Shown here piece after piece: positions 19,561-29,451 of a stretch of 61,314 bases of DNA. The DNA is from a virus. Taxonomy: Duplodnaviria; Caudoviricetes. Below the pieces are notes generated by a model, which made no database searches, had not been told where the DNA came from, and saw only the letters and a list, made by a program, of their open reading frames with translations. The stretch lies in the IMG/VR virus record IMGVR_UViG_3300025288_000022, positions 1 to 61,314 of that record; one strand, 5' to 3'. The translations under genes and the position numbers were made by a program. Every line of letters starts with the position of its first letter. The first letter of the stretch is position 1.

Positions 19561-22500
19561 ATGTCTCTGCCAACCATTATTGCCAGCAACCAGACCGGCT
19601 CACCTGTAACGCTGACTCGTTTGGGTTTGACAGTCCCTGCAAGCGGCACACTTACCCTTACCGCCTATGCCTATGTGGATGAGATTCTTCATGACGAGTC
19701 TCTCCACTCCGCCATTGTGGCGGACAGCATCCTTCTGGATTACGGCCAGGGGGTTCTCACCAAGGGTGATAGCCTCAAGTTTTTCAATATCATCACCCAA
19801 GAGGTTCGGATCTCGGTTCGTGCCATGTCCACCACCAACGTGGGCTCCCTCTCGGGTGCAGGTAGCACCATGGACACCAGTGTCACGCTGGTGGCGGATG
19901 ATCGGGTCCTGCTGACGGGTCAGGGCACTGCAAGCCAGAATGGTGTTTGGGTTGTGAAGTCGGGTGCTTGGGTTCGTCCAGATGACTTTGGCACAAGCCA
20001 GTCTGCAGCCGCAGCAATGGTTGCGGTCCAGGAAGGAACCCTGTACGCAGGGCAAGTGTGGTTGTGTACCGCTCTGTCTGGTTCCGATGTTATTGGAACC
20101 AACAACCTCCCCTTCGCGCAGATCAGCGGGTCTGGTGGTGGTGGTGTGGCGGACCTTCAGGGCGCATATGACGGTGGCAGCACCATCACGACGGCTGGCA
20201 CAACGGATATTGCTTTCACCCTCTCCTCGGGAGATTTCACTGTAAATTCTGGCAGCGTTCTGTTTGGTGGGGCCACCCCTCTCACAGCTTTTGCTGTGGA
20301 TTCGGGCACGATGTCTCTGGACTCCACGGACACCACCAACCTGACCATGACTGCAAACAATGCTGGGGACAAGACCCTTGCCATTGCAGCTAGCAACTCA
20401 GGGGTGGGTACGGGCGTCATCACCATGACGGCTGATGGCACGATTGACCTTGATGCTGTAGGTGCCTTGAGCCTCAATAGCTCCGGTGCAGCAATCAACA
20501 TTGGCAATGACGCTGTAGCACAGGCCATCAACATTGGCACAGGGGCCGCAGCCCGTACAATCACTGTCGGCAACGCCTCTTCTACCACCACCCTAGACCT
20601 CAATGCAGGCACTGGTGGTGTGCTCGTAGACTCCACTGGGGTTGTCTCCCTGGATGGCGTGGGTGCCTCGAACTTCACAACCGATTCTGGAACCCTGACC
20701 CTAGCAACAACCACTTCAGGTGCGGTGAATGTGTCCTCAGCGGGTGCTGTAGACGTTCAGGCGGCAGGTGACGTTACCCTTGACTCCTCAGGTGGCACTA
20801 TTGGTGTGGGTACCGATGTGGACACGGGGGCGATTAACATTGGCACAGCCGGTGCCCGTGTCCTCACGGTTGGCTCCAACACTGGGGCCACCAGTGTGAC
20901 AGTGCGTACTGGTACCGGCGGTTTGCTTCTGGACTCCCCTACCACCACGGTGTCTGGCAACCTTCTGGTTAATGGTACCACCACCACGGTCCATTCGGAA
21001 GTGGTCAATGTCGCGGACAACTTCCTATACCTTAACGCTGACTACACCACTGTTGCTGGGATGGCAGGTGGCATGGTGGTCAACAGCCTCCCTACCACAA
21101 CTGTGGATGTGGTGGCAACAGGTGGCTTTGTGGCCCGTGCAGGGGCGGCTAATGCCTATGTAGCGGTTGCCGAAGCGGTCACAGCTATTGCGGTGGCCTC
21201 GAATGGTGCCACCCTCCCACAGGCCACCATCAATGTGGATAGCACTACGGGATTCCCCGCAAGTGGGACAGTGTACCTCACGACCACCAATGGTGTTGAG
21301 GCTGTCACCTACACGGGTGTCACCGGGACCTCTTTCACAGGATGCTCTGGAGGTATCGGTACCCTTGCAACAGGAGACCTGGTAAGCACAAGCGCCACAG
21401 CATTACCTGTTGAGGGAGACTTCATTCAGGTTTCGGGAGCCAGCAACCAGAGCAATGACGGGCTCTACGAGGTGTTGAGCAACCTCAACGGTGTACTCAC
21501 TATCAAGGGCCTCGGCACAACCGCAGGTACATTTGAATTCACCCAGAATGACTTCATCACAGACACCACGGTGCTGGGCAGCATCACCGTGGTTAACGTG
21601 GGTGTCCAGCAAGTATCTGCAGCTGGGGTTTTCCAGTATGGTTATGGCTCCAATGCCGGTGCCTTCACCTTTGCGGATGTGACCACAGGGGCTGCTGCAC
21701 TCTCCCTGCAAAGTGCCTACGCGGGTGGAAATACAGTCACAACCTCTGGTGGAAACTCCTTGGTTGTGGCTGGGTCAGAAGCTCTTAGCGTAACCGCTAC
21801 AGGTGGCCTTGTGCTTACCACGGGGTTCAACTTCGACGGGACCTCCTTCGACGTACAAATGACGGGGGACAATGGCTTCTCCATTGATGGCACTGCTTCT
21901 TCCAACGTCACTGCGACGAACACTGCTTCTACCACACCCGTGGTAATGACAGTGGCTGCATCCAACACCGGAGCTACTTCTGGGGATGCAACCGTTCAAA
22001 TCAATGCCACAAGCACGAATGGGGCAGGCATCATTGACTTGAACGCGGATGATACTATCACACTGGATGTGTTGTCTGGCGGTGCCATCAACATTGGCAC
22101 TGCAGCCGTTGCAAGCACCACCACAGTAGGCAACAGCACAGGGGCTTCAGGGGTCATCGTTTCCTCTGGCACGGAAAAGGTGGTAGTAGATGGCGTCACC
22201 TACTACGGCAACAGTGCTGGAGCACCTACAGCCACGGTGGGTGGGTTTGCGGATGGTGACAAGTACTATGACACCAACTTGGATGCCGAGATGCGTTATG
22301 ACGCCACTCGCACTAAGTGGCTGTCTGTAGAGTCCATGACACTGCAGGTGGGTCGCAATGGTGTTACTGCTGTTGACCAGTACTACCGAGGGACGGACGG
22401 TCGTGTGATGTCCTCTGCTCTTGGGTATTACATGCCACACAATGGCACGGTTGTAGGTTTTGGGTACACTCGTTCAGACTTGGATGCGGCCACCTTTGAT

Positions 22501-22674
22501 ATTGTTGAGGGTGGTACATCTAGGGCAACTCTGGCCTCTTCTGCAGTAGCAGGGGTGTCCAATGCTCTGAATGGGGACTTCTCGGCTGGGGGTGTTCTAG
22601 CCGTAGTAAACCAAGCGGGCGGCAACTCCACTTCAGATGTGATGGCTTGGGTCAAGGTTAAGTGGCGTGCCTAA
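19561..22674 (+). CDS. Long fibre protein (1037 aa)
   Basis: DRVLLTGQGTASQNGVWVV fibre motif; repeated INIGT beta units; LQxAY repeats; shared N- and C-terminal modules. Confidence 0.75.
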   Translation: MSLPTIIASNQTGSPVTLTRLGLTVPASGTLTLTAYAYVDEILHDESLHSAIVADSILLDYGQGVLTKGDSLKFFNIITQEVRISVRAMSTTNVGSLSGAGSTMDTSVTLVADDRVLLTGQGTASQNGVWVVKSGAWVRPDDFGTSQSAAAAMVAVQEGTLYAGQVWLCTALSGSDVIGTNNLPFAQISGSGGGGVADLQGAYDGGSTITTAGTTDIAFTLSSGDFTVNSGSVLFGGATPLTAFAVDSGTMSLDSTDTTNLTMTANNAGDKTLAIAASNSGVGTGVITMTADGTIDLDAVGALSLNSSGAAINIGNDAVAQAINIGTGAAARTITVGNASSTTTLDLNAGTGGVLVDSTGVVSLDGVGASNFTTDSGTLTLATTTSGAVNVSSAGAVDVQAAGDVTLDSSGGTIGVGTDVDTGAINIGTAGARVLTVGSNTGATSVTVRTGTGGLLLDSPTTTVSGNLLVNGTTTTVHSEVVNVADNFLYLNADYTTVAGMAGGMVVNSLPTTTVDVVATGGFVARAGAANAYVAVAEAVTAIAVASNGATLPQATINVDSTTGFPASGTVYLTTTNGVEAVTYTGVTGTSFTGCSGGIGTLATGDLVSTSATALPVEGDFIQVSGASNQSNDGLYEVLSNLNGVLTIKGLGTTAGTFEFTQNDFITDTTVLGSITVVNVGVQQVSAAGVFQYGYGSNAGAFTFADVTTGAAALSLQSAYAGGNTVTTSGGNSLVVAGSEALSVTATGGLVLTTGFNFDGTSFDVQMTGDNGFSIDGTASSNVTATNTASTTPVVMTVAASNTGATSGDATVQINATSTNGAGIIDLNADDTITLDVLSGGAINIGTAAVASTTTVGNSTGASGVIVSSGTEKVVVDGVTYYGNSAGAPTATVGGFADGDKYYDTNLDAEMRYDATRTKWLSVESMTLQVGRNGVTAVDQYYRGTDGRVMSSALGYYMPHNGTVVGFGYTRSDLDAATFDIVEGGTSRATLASSAVAGVSNALNGDFSAGGVLAVVNQAGGNSTSDVMAWVKVKWRA

Positions 22675-22692
22675 GTTTAGGTTGGGGGTGTT

Positions 22693-23490
22693 GTGGCTCT
22701 GCCCATTGTGATTGCCAAAAACCAGACCGTGGGGGATATCAATCTCACACGGCTTGGTCTTGTTGTACCTGCCAGTGGGCAGATTACCCTCACGGATTCC
22801 TCATGCTTCTTTGAGATTGGCTCGGATGAGTCTCTTAACACTGCAGTGGGTTCTGGGGACATTGTCATCAATGACGGTTCTTCAGATCTTTCCACAGCAG
22901 AGGCCTTGGCCTACCTAGACACAACCGGCAACCTTAATGGGCCTGTGACAGGGGCGAGTGCCGGAAAGCTGCTTCGTCTCCTAGACGCCACTGGGAGGTA
23001 CACAGAAGCTGCGGGTGTGGTCGTCTATGATCCCTCGACAACGGACCCCACAAGCCCCTCTCCGTCGAATGGGGACCTGTACTACAACACCGCCCTGAAC
23101 CTATTGATGGCTTACGATTCGACTCGCACGAAATGGCTATCTGTTGTGGAGGGTCAGATCTCATTTGGTAGATATGGCACCACTGGTGACGGGGCATACT
23201 ATCGTGGTGCGGACGGCCTGTCTTATAGCTCTACAAGAGGTCGTAGTGCTGAGTTCAATGGTACAGTGGTGGGTATTTCCTACACTCGTGGGGAAACCTC
23301 TTCCGCAACTTTTGAGGCCACGGCAAGTGGCAGCACGGTTGCGGATTTGGTGTCGACTGCGGTGGCAGGTAGTAGCACAGCCCTTGATGGGGTTTTTTCT
23401 CAAGGGGATATTCTGGGTGCCCGAAATGCGGAAGGAGGCGCTGACACCTCTAATGTGCAGGGCTGGATTACCTTCCGTTGGAGAGTCTAA
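22693..23490 (+). CDS. Short paralogue of the long fibre (shared N and C modules, no shaft)
   Basis: IAKNQT..LTRLGLVVPASGQITLT N-module and YDSTRTKWLS...WITFRWR C-module. Confidence 0.75.
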   Translation: MALPIVIAKNQTVGDINLTRLGLVVPASGQITLTDSSCFFEIGSDESLNTAVGSGDIVINDGSSDLSTAEALAYLDTTGNLNGPVTGASAGKLLRLLDATGRYTEAAGVVVYDPSTTDPTSPSPSNGDLYYNTALNLLMAYDSTRTKWLSVVEGQISFGRYGTTGDGAYYRGADGLSYSSTRGRSAEFNGTVVGISYTRGETSSATFEATASGSTVADLVSTAVAGSSTALDGVFSQGDILGARNAEGGADTSNVQGWITFRWRV

Positions 23491-26433
23491 ATGACTGTGA
23501 TCATTGCGAAGAACCAGACGGTAGCTGACCTCCCCCTGGTTCAGACCCCCATCCCCAACAACATGATTCTAGCAAGTCCTGCTACAGTGACCTTGACAAA
23601 CTATGCAAGTTTGAACGAGCTTCGCGAGGATCAACAGCTTCTAGGATATGTTACCTCCGGAGATGTTGTGCTGAACGATGGGTCCGTGGACTTGACCATT
23701 GCCCAAGCACAGATCCTTCTCACAGAGTTGACTTCTACCACCACGACATCCTTGGACGTGGCTGCTACAGCAACTGCAGACCACCTACCCTTGGCGGATG
23801 GTAATGGTTTCATCCACCCTAGTTGGGTGGCTACAGCACAAAGGGTTCGTGTAGGGCTTTCAGGATCGGTTGAGTTCACATCGATCAAGGCTGCAATAGC
23901 CTCCATCACGGACGCAACAATTACAAAGCCTTATGTGATTGATGTGGGGCCGGGGATCTACACTGAAGATCCTTTTACAATGAAGTCGTATGTGGCCGTG
24001 GTTGGACAGGGAATCCTTTCAACTGTCCTTGAGACCACGGACCCCAACAACCATTTCATTACAGGAGCACCAGGAGCCTATCTGAAGGGTGTGGGTGTTT
24101 TAGGGCCATCCGGTACAGGGTTGGCTACGCTGTACTATGCTTCAGAAAGCAATGTGCCTTTCTTCATTGTGGATGTGGTACTCCATGGTGGGTATTACGG
24201 GGTGTGGGTCAATCCTGCTGCGGCACGCGGGATTGTGCATGCCATAAACGTGGGGAACCACTATGTGGGTTCGCCCATGAACACGTTTATGCGCTCCACG
24301 GGGTATGGCAACATCACAGCGATGTCTTCCGGGTTTATGTCTGGACCCTCCTCGTCTGTTGTGCATGGGTTTTACTGCTCGGGTGCCAATGCCGAGATGA
24401 CCTTGGATGTCTGTTTCCACCGGAATGCGGGGTCTACCAACGGTCTTTTTGTGGATGATGGGTCTTTTGTCCGTGCAAATGGATGCACTTTTTCGAGTGG
24501 TGTAAATGCCATCCATCTCGGACCCACAGGTTCAGGAACCCAGGTGACAGCAGCAAGCTGCACCATCAAAAACGGTGGCTTCTCAAGCCTCGACCTATGG
24601 ACAGAGTCCTCCAGTGCTATCCTGACCTTCATGGGAGTGGCTGACCTTCATCAAGTGGATGTCATGGCGGACACCCTCCTAGGTCTCATAGTGCATGAGG
24701 ACAATGTCCTCTCGGGCACCATCGTGTCCGGGGAGCTGTGGTTGGGGGCTAGCCTTGGTTCCACTACAATCCCTGTGCGAGCACTACTCCAGAGTACTGC
24801 CCCCACAGGGTATGTCAGCGGGGGTGCCGTCACACGGGGCACAGGCCTTGAAGTGGATGTCACGTCAGGTGTGGGTTTTGTCAATACGGGTGCTGGAGTA
24901 AACCATGTGGTTTGGGGTGCGGCAAGCGCCCTTACCATAGGCGCAGACGTGGATTTTTGGGTCTATGTGAACAGTGCCGGTGTGGTCTCTGTGGCCCTCA
25001 GCACCGAGCCTTCGGAGGAGGCGAACATCCTCCTTGCAACCGGCCGATCGAATTCTTCCAGCATCGTCAACCTGACCACCTACCACATTGCAGTTGACCA
25101 GTCCTTCGAGCGGCTCCACGAATTCATCACCGACACTATGGGGGTGGTCTGGATCACGGGAGGATCGGTCATCAAGAGCACTGAGCCTGGGCTGGGGCTT
25201 AATGTCACAGCGTCCAGTTTTTATGTGGGGCTGGATAGCCTCACAACCGCTGGTGCAACTCCCATCACCTTCATCTACTGGTATCGGGATGGGTCCGGTG
25301 GATGGAGTCACACATCCAGCCAAACGGACATCAACACCGCCTACTATGATGCTAGTACAGGCACTCTGACCTCAATTCCTTCAGGGGAGTGGAAGAAGGA
25401 TGTGTTGTATGTGACTGTGGGGGGCGACGGGACCGAATACCACATGGTGTATGCTCAGGAGACGTTTGCCTCTCAGGTCCTGGCCGAAGCAGGAGGGTTG
25501 CCCGTCCCACCTGAGCTTCTGGCGAGGCATGCTCTGCGTCTGTTTGGTGCCGTGGTACAGCAGGGTGCTACGAACCTCACCACACTAGTGGACCACCGTC
25601 CAACATTTGGCACCCAGGGCACAGGTTCCACGGCGTCCACTATCCATTCGGCATTGTCAGGACTGAATGTTGATGATCACACCCAGTATTTATTGCTGGC
25701 CGGAGGCTCTTCCAGAAATGCCTTGACAGGCACCCTGGACGCCTCTGGTGGCACTTTGGTCCTACCCACGGCCACGGATCCTGCTCAGACTCAAGAAGGC
25801 TCCGTGGAGTGGGACTCCAACGATGACCACCTGACTGTGGGTACAGGCACTGCCCGCAAAATCCTGATGAACCAGGGAGACAGTGCGGGAGGTGACGTGG
25901 GAGGGACGTTCCCCACTGCTTTGACAGTCACAGATCTGACGATCAGTGGCGAGTCCCAAGGAGACCTGCTGTACTTCAACGGAACGAACTGGGTCCGTCT
26001 TTCTCCAGGCACGGATGGGCAACAGCTTCAGACTAATGGGGCAGGGGCCAACCCCTCATGGGAAAACCCTTTTGTGCCTCAATATGCACAGAGCACCACT
26101 CTGGCCAGCACATCTTCAACAGGCTGGCTGACCTATGTCACCTTGAATACTACGACCTTGCCTGCGGGGACCTACAGGGTGGGCGGGTGTTTAATTTGGC
26201 GTACCTCTCATGACGCGAAAGCTAGGGTGACTGTCGATGGTGCAATTGGGTGGGAAATGCAACAAGAGGGGGAGGATACGGGCACTGATCAAAGGATTCC
26301 AGGGTCTGGATTCTACTATGTGACCTTTGCTACTACCACAACCCACACGGTCCTTCTCCAATACACTTCGAGTAGCAACTCCAGCACCATGTCGGTTTAC
26401 CAAGGTGCTATAGATATTGTGAGGGTGAGCTAA
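23491..26433 (+). CDS. Fibre/tailspike-like protein with probable beta-helix (980 aa)
   Basis: FTSIKAAI...IDVGPGIYTE pectin-lyase-like entry motif; shared IAKNQT N-module; GDLLYFNGTNW motif. Confidence 0.7.
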   Translation: MTVIIAKNQTVADLPLVQTPIPNNMILASPATVTLTNYASLNELREDQQLLGYVTSGDVVLNDGSVDLTIAQAQILLTELTSTTTTSLDVAATATADHLPLADGNGFIHPSWVATAQRVRVGLSGSVEFTSIKAAIASITDATITKPYVIDVGPGIYTEDPFTMKSYVAVVGQGILSTVLETTDPNNHFITGAPGAYLKGVGVLGPSGTGLATLYYASESNVPFFIVDVVLHGGYYGVWVNPAAARGIVHAINVGNHYVGSPMNTFMRSTGYGNITAMSSGFMSGPSSSVVHGFYCSGANAEMTLDVCFHRNAGSTNGLFVDDGSFVRANGCTFSSGVNAIHLGPTGSGTQVTAASCTIKNGGFSSLDLWTESSSAILTFMGVADLHQVDVMADTLLGLIVHEDNVLSGTIVSGELWLGASLGSTTIPVRALLQSTAPTGYVSGGAVTRGTGLEVDVTSGVGFVNTGAGVNHVVWGAASALTIGADVDFWVYVNSAGVVSVALSTEPSEEANILLATGRSNSSSIVNLTTYHIAVDQSFERLHEFITDTMGVVWITGGSVIKSTEPGLGLNVTASSFYVGLDSLTTAGATPITFIYWYRDGSGGWSHTSSQTDINTAYYDASTGTLTSIPSGEWKKDVLYVTVGGDGTEYHMVYAQETFASQVLAEAGGLPVPPELLARHALRLFGAVVQQGATNLTTLVDHRPTFGTQGTGSTASTIHSALSGLNVDDHTQYLLLAGGSSRNALTGTLDASGGTLVLPTATDPAQTQEGSVEWDSNDDHLTVGTGTARKILMNQGDSAGGDVGGTFPTALTVTDLTISGESQGDLLYFNGTNWVRLSPGTDGQQLQTNGAGANPSWENPFVPQYAQSTTLASTSSTGWLTYVTLNTTTLPAGTYRVGGCLIWRTSHDAKARVTVDGAIGWEMQQEGEDTGTDQRIPGSGFYYVTFATTTTHTVLLQYTSSSNSSTMSVYQGAIDIVRVS

Positions 26434-26957
26434 TGGCCCATATGGAGTATTCCTACAACGTAGCCACGGATTTCCCGAATGGGCAGGTCAATGTGGGAGT
26501 GCTGACTTCACAAATTTTACGGAGCACACTTTCAGCAACCACAATGTCTCGTTTTGATGGGGTAGCCTATGATGAAGGCACAGGTGTGGTGCGGGTGTTG
26601 TTTACCAACACCACCCCAATCCCAGCATCCGATCTTCTCATCTTGGATGGGGGACTATCTGCGCCTTGTGGTGGGATCCTTGGATCCCATAATGGATCAT
26701 TGGTTAGGTTTGAGCCTACTTTTGAGGTTACTACAACGCACAAGGGTCTAGTGCAGGTTGTGGAGTGGTTTGGCACGGATCTGGGTGGGGGCTCGTATAC
26801 CGACCTTGCAAAGGATGCGCGGTATGTGTGGAGCAGTGGTGGGACTCTTAAGTCTATCACGACAACGGAGTATGTTTCCGATGGGGGCATTCTTAACCAA
26901 GTGGTTGAGAAGTTTTACACTGCTGACGGCAACAAGCGCGTCAAGAAGAGGAGTTAG
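26433..26957 (+). CDS. Hypothetical virion-operon protein
   Basis: Translationally coupled (TAATG). Confidence 0.7.
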   Translation: MAHMEYSYNVATDFPNGQVNVGVLTSQILRSTLSATTMSRFDGVAYDEGTGVVRVLFTNTTPIPASDLLILDGGLSAPCGGILGSHNGSLVRFEPTFEVTTTHKGLVQVVEWFGTDLGGGSYTDLAKDARYVWSSGGTLKSITTTEYVSDGGILNQVVEKFYTADGNKRVKKRS

Positions 26958-26959
26958 CC

Positions 26960-27694
26960 ATGGCAGAGGTTGAAGGGGTTCAATACCCAGAGTTAGATGC
27001 AAATGGGAACACCAAGGTGGCTTTGCCCACCATTGGTCTTGCTGGCATGGCTGCGGTGACCGTTGTCAATGTGCCTGTGTCATCATCCAACTTGAATAAA
27101 TCATGGCAGATTACGGTTCTCCCTAATGTCATGGAGGTCACCGATATTTGTGTCTGGAATGATTTGGTAGGCCCCAAGGGTCGCTGTTACCTTGCAGGCG
27201 GCAAATACCGTTGTAGGACGCCTGCTGTGGAAGGCTCCGCGTTTCATTTTGCCCTAGTGGATCGTGATGATGTGGCGGGGCTCTTTGGGATGTATGGTCT
27301 GACTAGGACCCACATCCTGTTGAACACCGTTGTGGGTACGATTGCCCCTGGGGAGATCGTAACCGGCATTACTACAGGGCAGACCACAAGAGTTCTGTCT
27401 GTAAATGGTACGACCCTTGACGTGTCCTATGCGGATGGTCCCTTCCAGGATGGGGAGTCTGTCACCTTTAGTGGTGGTGCCACAGCCGTTTGCTTCGATT
27501 GGGTTGAAGGGGACGTGATTGAACTGGGCAGGAGTGTTAAGGACGAATGGCTGGAAGGTTTGGAGGTGGGGGAGTTCAAACCCGGTGACAGTCGAGAGTT
27601 GGTTGCAGGGCTCTACTTACGGGTAATTGTGTACAACGCTTCTCAGGTTGATTCCCTCCGTGTCAAAGTAACTCTTGAATTAGCAACCGAATAG
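26960..27694 (+). CDS. Hypothetical virion-operon protein
   Basis: SD GAGGAG; 244 aa. Confidence 0.7.
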   Translation: MAEVEGVQYPELDANGNTKVALPTIGLAGMAAVTVVNVPVSSSNLNKSWQITVLPNVMEVTDICVWNDLVGPKGRCYLAGGKYRCRTPAVEGSAFHFALVDRDDVAGLFGMYGLTRTHILLNTVVGTIAPGEIVTGITTGQTTRVLSVNGTTLDVSYADGPFQDGESVTFSGGATAVCFDWVEGDVIELGRSVKDEWLEGLEVGEFKPGDSRELVAGLYLRVIVYNASQVDSLRVKVTLELATE

Positions 27695-27705
27695 GAGATT
27701 AGAAT

Positions 27706-27855
27706 ATGCCTATGCCTACTATTACGGACCCTAAGTCAGTGACTATTGCTGGGGAACCAGCTAAGAGATTGGTTACTGTGGTAAAGGTCCATAAGACAGA
27801 GCCTAACATCTTACAGATTGTTAGGGATAAGGTGGCAACAACATCTCCTAAGTAG
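27706..27855 (+). CDS. Small 49-aa protein (not in the ORF track)
   Basis: SD AGGAG; MPMPTITDPKS...; fills the gap between plus-strand genes. Confidence 0.55.
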   Translation: MPMPTITDPKSVTIAGEPAKRLVTVVKVHKTEPNILQIVRDKVATTSPK

Positions 27856-27873
27856 GGGGTTGTGGGGGTTCTG

Positions 27874-28809
27874 ATGCGCGCATTGGTTTTGGCTGGTGGG
27901 GGTTCTAGGGGTAGCTGGGAAGCAGGGGTCTTGAAGTACCTTGCTCGATCTGGCCAGTTTGACGAGGGGTTTGGCTTCGTTTCTGGAACCTCGGTGGGTG
28001 CGATCAATGCTGCAGGTGTGGCAATGTTTCCTGCCAAAGATTTCAAGCAGGCCGCAGCATTTGTGGAACAGATGTGGGTTCAGCACATCAACCGCACAAA
28101 GGATGTGTGGAGGCTTAGGTGGCCTTGGGGCATCCCCTCCTTATGGAACCCATCCGTGGGTATTCCTGGGAATTTGGAGCAAATTCTAACTAGGATTGTG
28201 GATATCCAAGCCATCCAAGAGTCTGGGGTGCAGGTGCGCTTCGCTTCCGTGGATATGGTTTCAGGGCAGTTGGTTGTACACACAAATGCAGACCTGCTTC
28301 AATATGGTATTTCCCCCATCATGGCTTCAGCTAGTTACCCTCTAGCTTTCACCCCCGTAAGTGTGGGTCCACACTGGCTTTCTGATGGTGGTCTTCGGGA
28401 TACAGCCCCTGTTGGGGCTGCTATTGATGCTGGTGCGGATGATATCACCATCCTCACTACCCGCAACCCCTATGAGATGGATCTGAAGCCACAGGCAGAA
28501 ATGAAGAACATCATGCAGTTTGGGCTTCGATGTCTGTCTCTTATGATGTATGAGGGTGTCCAATCTGATGTTAGGATTGCCGAGGTCTACAATCGTTTTG
28601 GTAGCATTGGTGCCACGATGCGTAAGCATGGTGTGGATGAGGTAACCATTGCCAAGGTTGTGTCTGAAATGGGAGCAGACAAGAAGGTAGTGAAGCTCCG
28701 TGTATTGTATCCCTCCCGCAAGCTGCACACTTCCTTGGATTTTTCTGGGGACAAGATGCGCGAACAAATTGCGCTGGGTGAGGCGGATGCTGAAGCACTA
28801 TTGAAGTAG
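27874..28809 (+). CDS. Patatin-like phospholipase
   Basis: GGGSRG oxyanion loop, GTSVG nucleophile elbow, DGG catalytic motif. Confidence 0.92.
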   Translation: MRALVLAGGGSRGSWEAGVLKYLARSGQFDEGFGFVSGTSVGAINAAGVAMFPAKDFKQAAAFVEQMWVQHINRTKDVWRLRWPWGIPSLWNPSVGIPGNLEQILTRIVDIQAIQESGVQVRFASVDMVSGQLVVHTNADLLQYGISPIMASASYPLAFTPVSVGPHWLSDGGLRDTAPVGAAIDAGADDITILTTRNPYEMDLKPQAEMKNIMQFGLRCLSLMMYEGVQSDVRIAEVYNRFGSIGATMRKHGVDEVTIAKVVSEMGADKKVVKLRVLYPSRKLHTSLDFSGDKMREQIALGEADAEALLK

Positions 28810-28811
28810 CT

Positions 28812-29093
28812 TTGGTGTTTCTCTTCTCCTGCTATGGTCTTTGCTTTGCCCTCATGGAAGGTAAGGTAGAGGTGCTCACCAAACCCATGGCCCGCCTTCC
28901 CTTTGGAGTGGGAGGCTTCTTCCAGCGTATGCTGTCTTGTGCTTACTGTACAGGTTTCCACTGTGGTTGGGTTCTTGGGCTTGTGACAGGCCGCTCGGAT
29001 CTTGTGGTGTGTGCTTTTTCTGCATCCGCTTTCTGCTATACGGTGAACACCTGGGTACGGTGGCTAGAGTCTTATCTTGAAGCCAAACCCTGA
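28812..29093 (+). CDS. Small membrane protein with CxxC (DUF1360-like)
   Basis: Hydrophobic helices; LSCAYCTGFH motif. Confidence 0.55.
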   Translation: MVFLFSCYGLCFALMEGKVEVLTKPMARLPFGVGGFFQRMLSCAYCTGFHCGWVLGLVTGRSDLVVCAFSASAFCYTVNTWVRWLESYLEAKP

Positions 29094-29108
29094 CGGTTGG
29101 GATTCTTA

Positions 29109-29405
29109 ATGTCAAACATTAACTGTGCTGTAGCCCTTCGCGAGGGCGTTAGTGGCTTTGGCATTTTTGCGAATGCTATTCGTATCCGTGAGGAGTCCGA
29201 TCAAGAGGTGTATTTGGACTTCTGTATCTACTCCGCAGAGGACAATCTTGCTGAGGTGGTGGCTCGGATTCGTATCCATAAGAGTTTCCTACCCATTTTG
29301 GCGGAGAGGCTCAATGTCGAGGTGCGGGAGATCCCAAGTAGGGAATCCAAGCAGGGATCTTCTTTGCTCTACCTTGTGAAGCCCGCAGACAAACCCGAAG
29401 CTTGA
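29109..29405 (+). CDS. Hypothetical protein
   Basis: ORF tiling in the operon. Confidence 0.6.
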   Translation: MSNINCAVALREGVSGFGIFANAIRIREESDQEVYLDFCIYSAEDNLAEVVARIRIHKSFLPILAERLNVEVREIPSRESKQGSSLLYLVKPADKPEA

Positions 29406-29451
29406 TTTACTGTTTCATGGGTATGGTGGCCCTAACACCTGGGAGTGACAA

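Noticed and set aside
17512-26433. Diversity-generating retroelement acting on the fibre C-termini
   Set aside because: No reverse transcriptase in the window; the paralogous ends differ at all base types, not only at adenines
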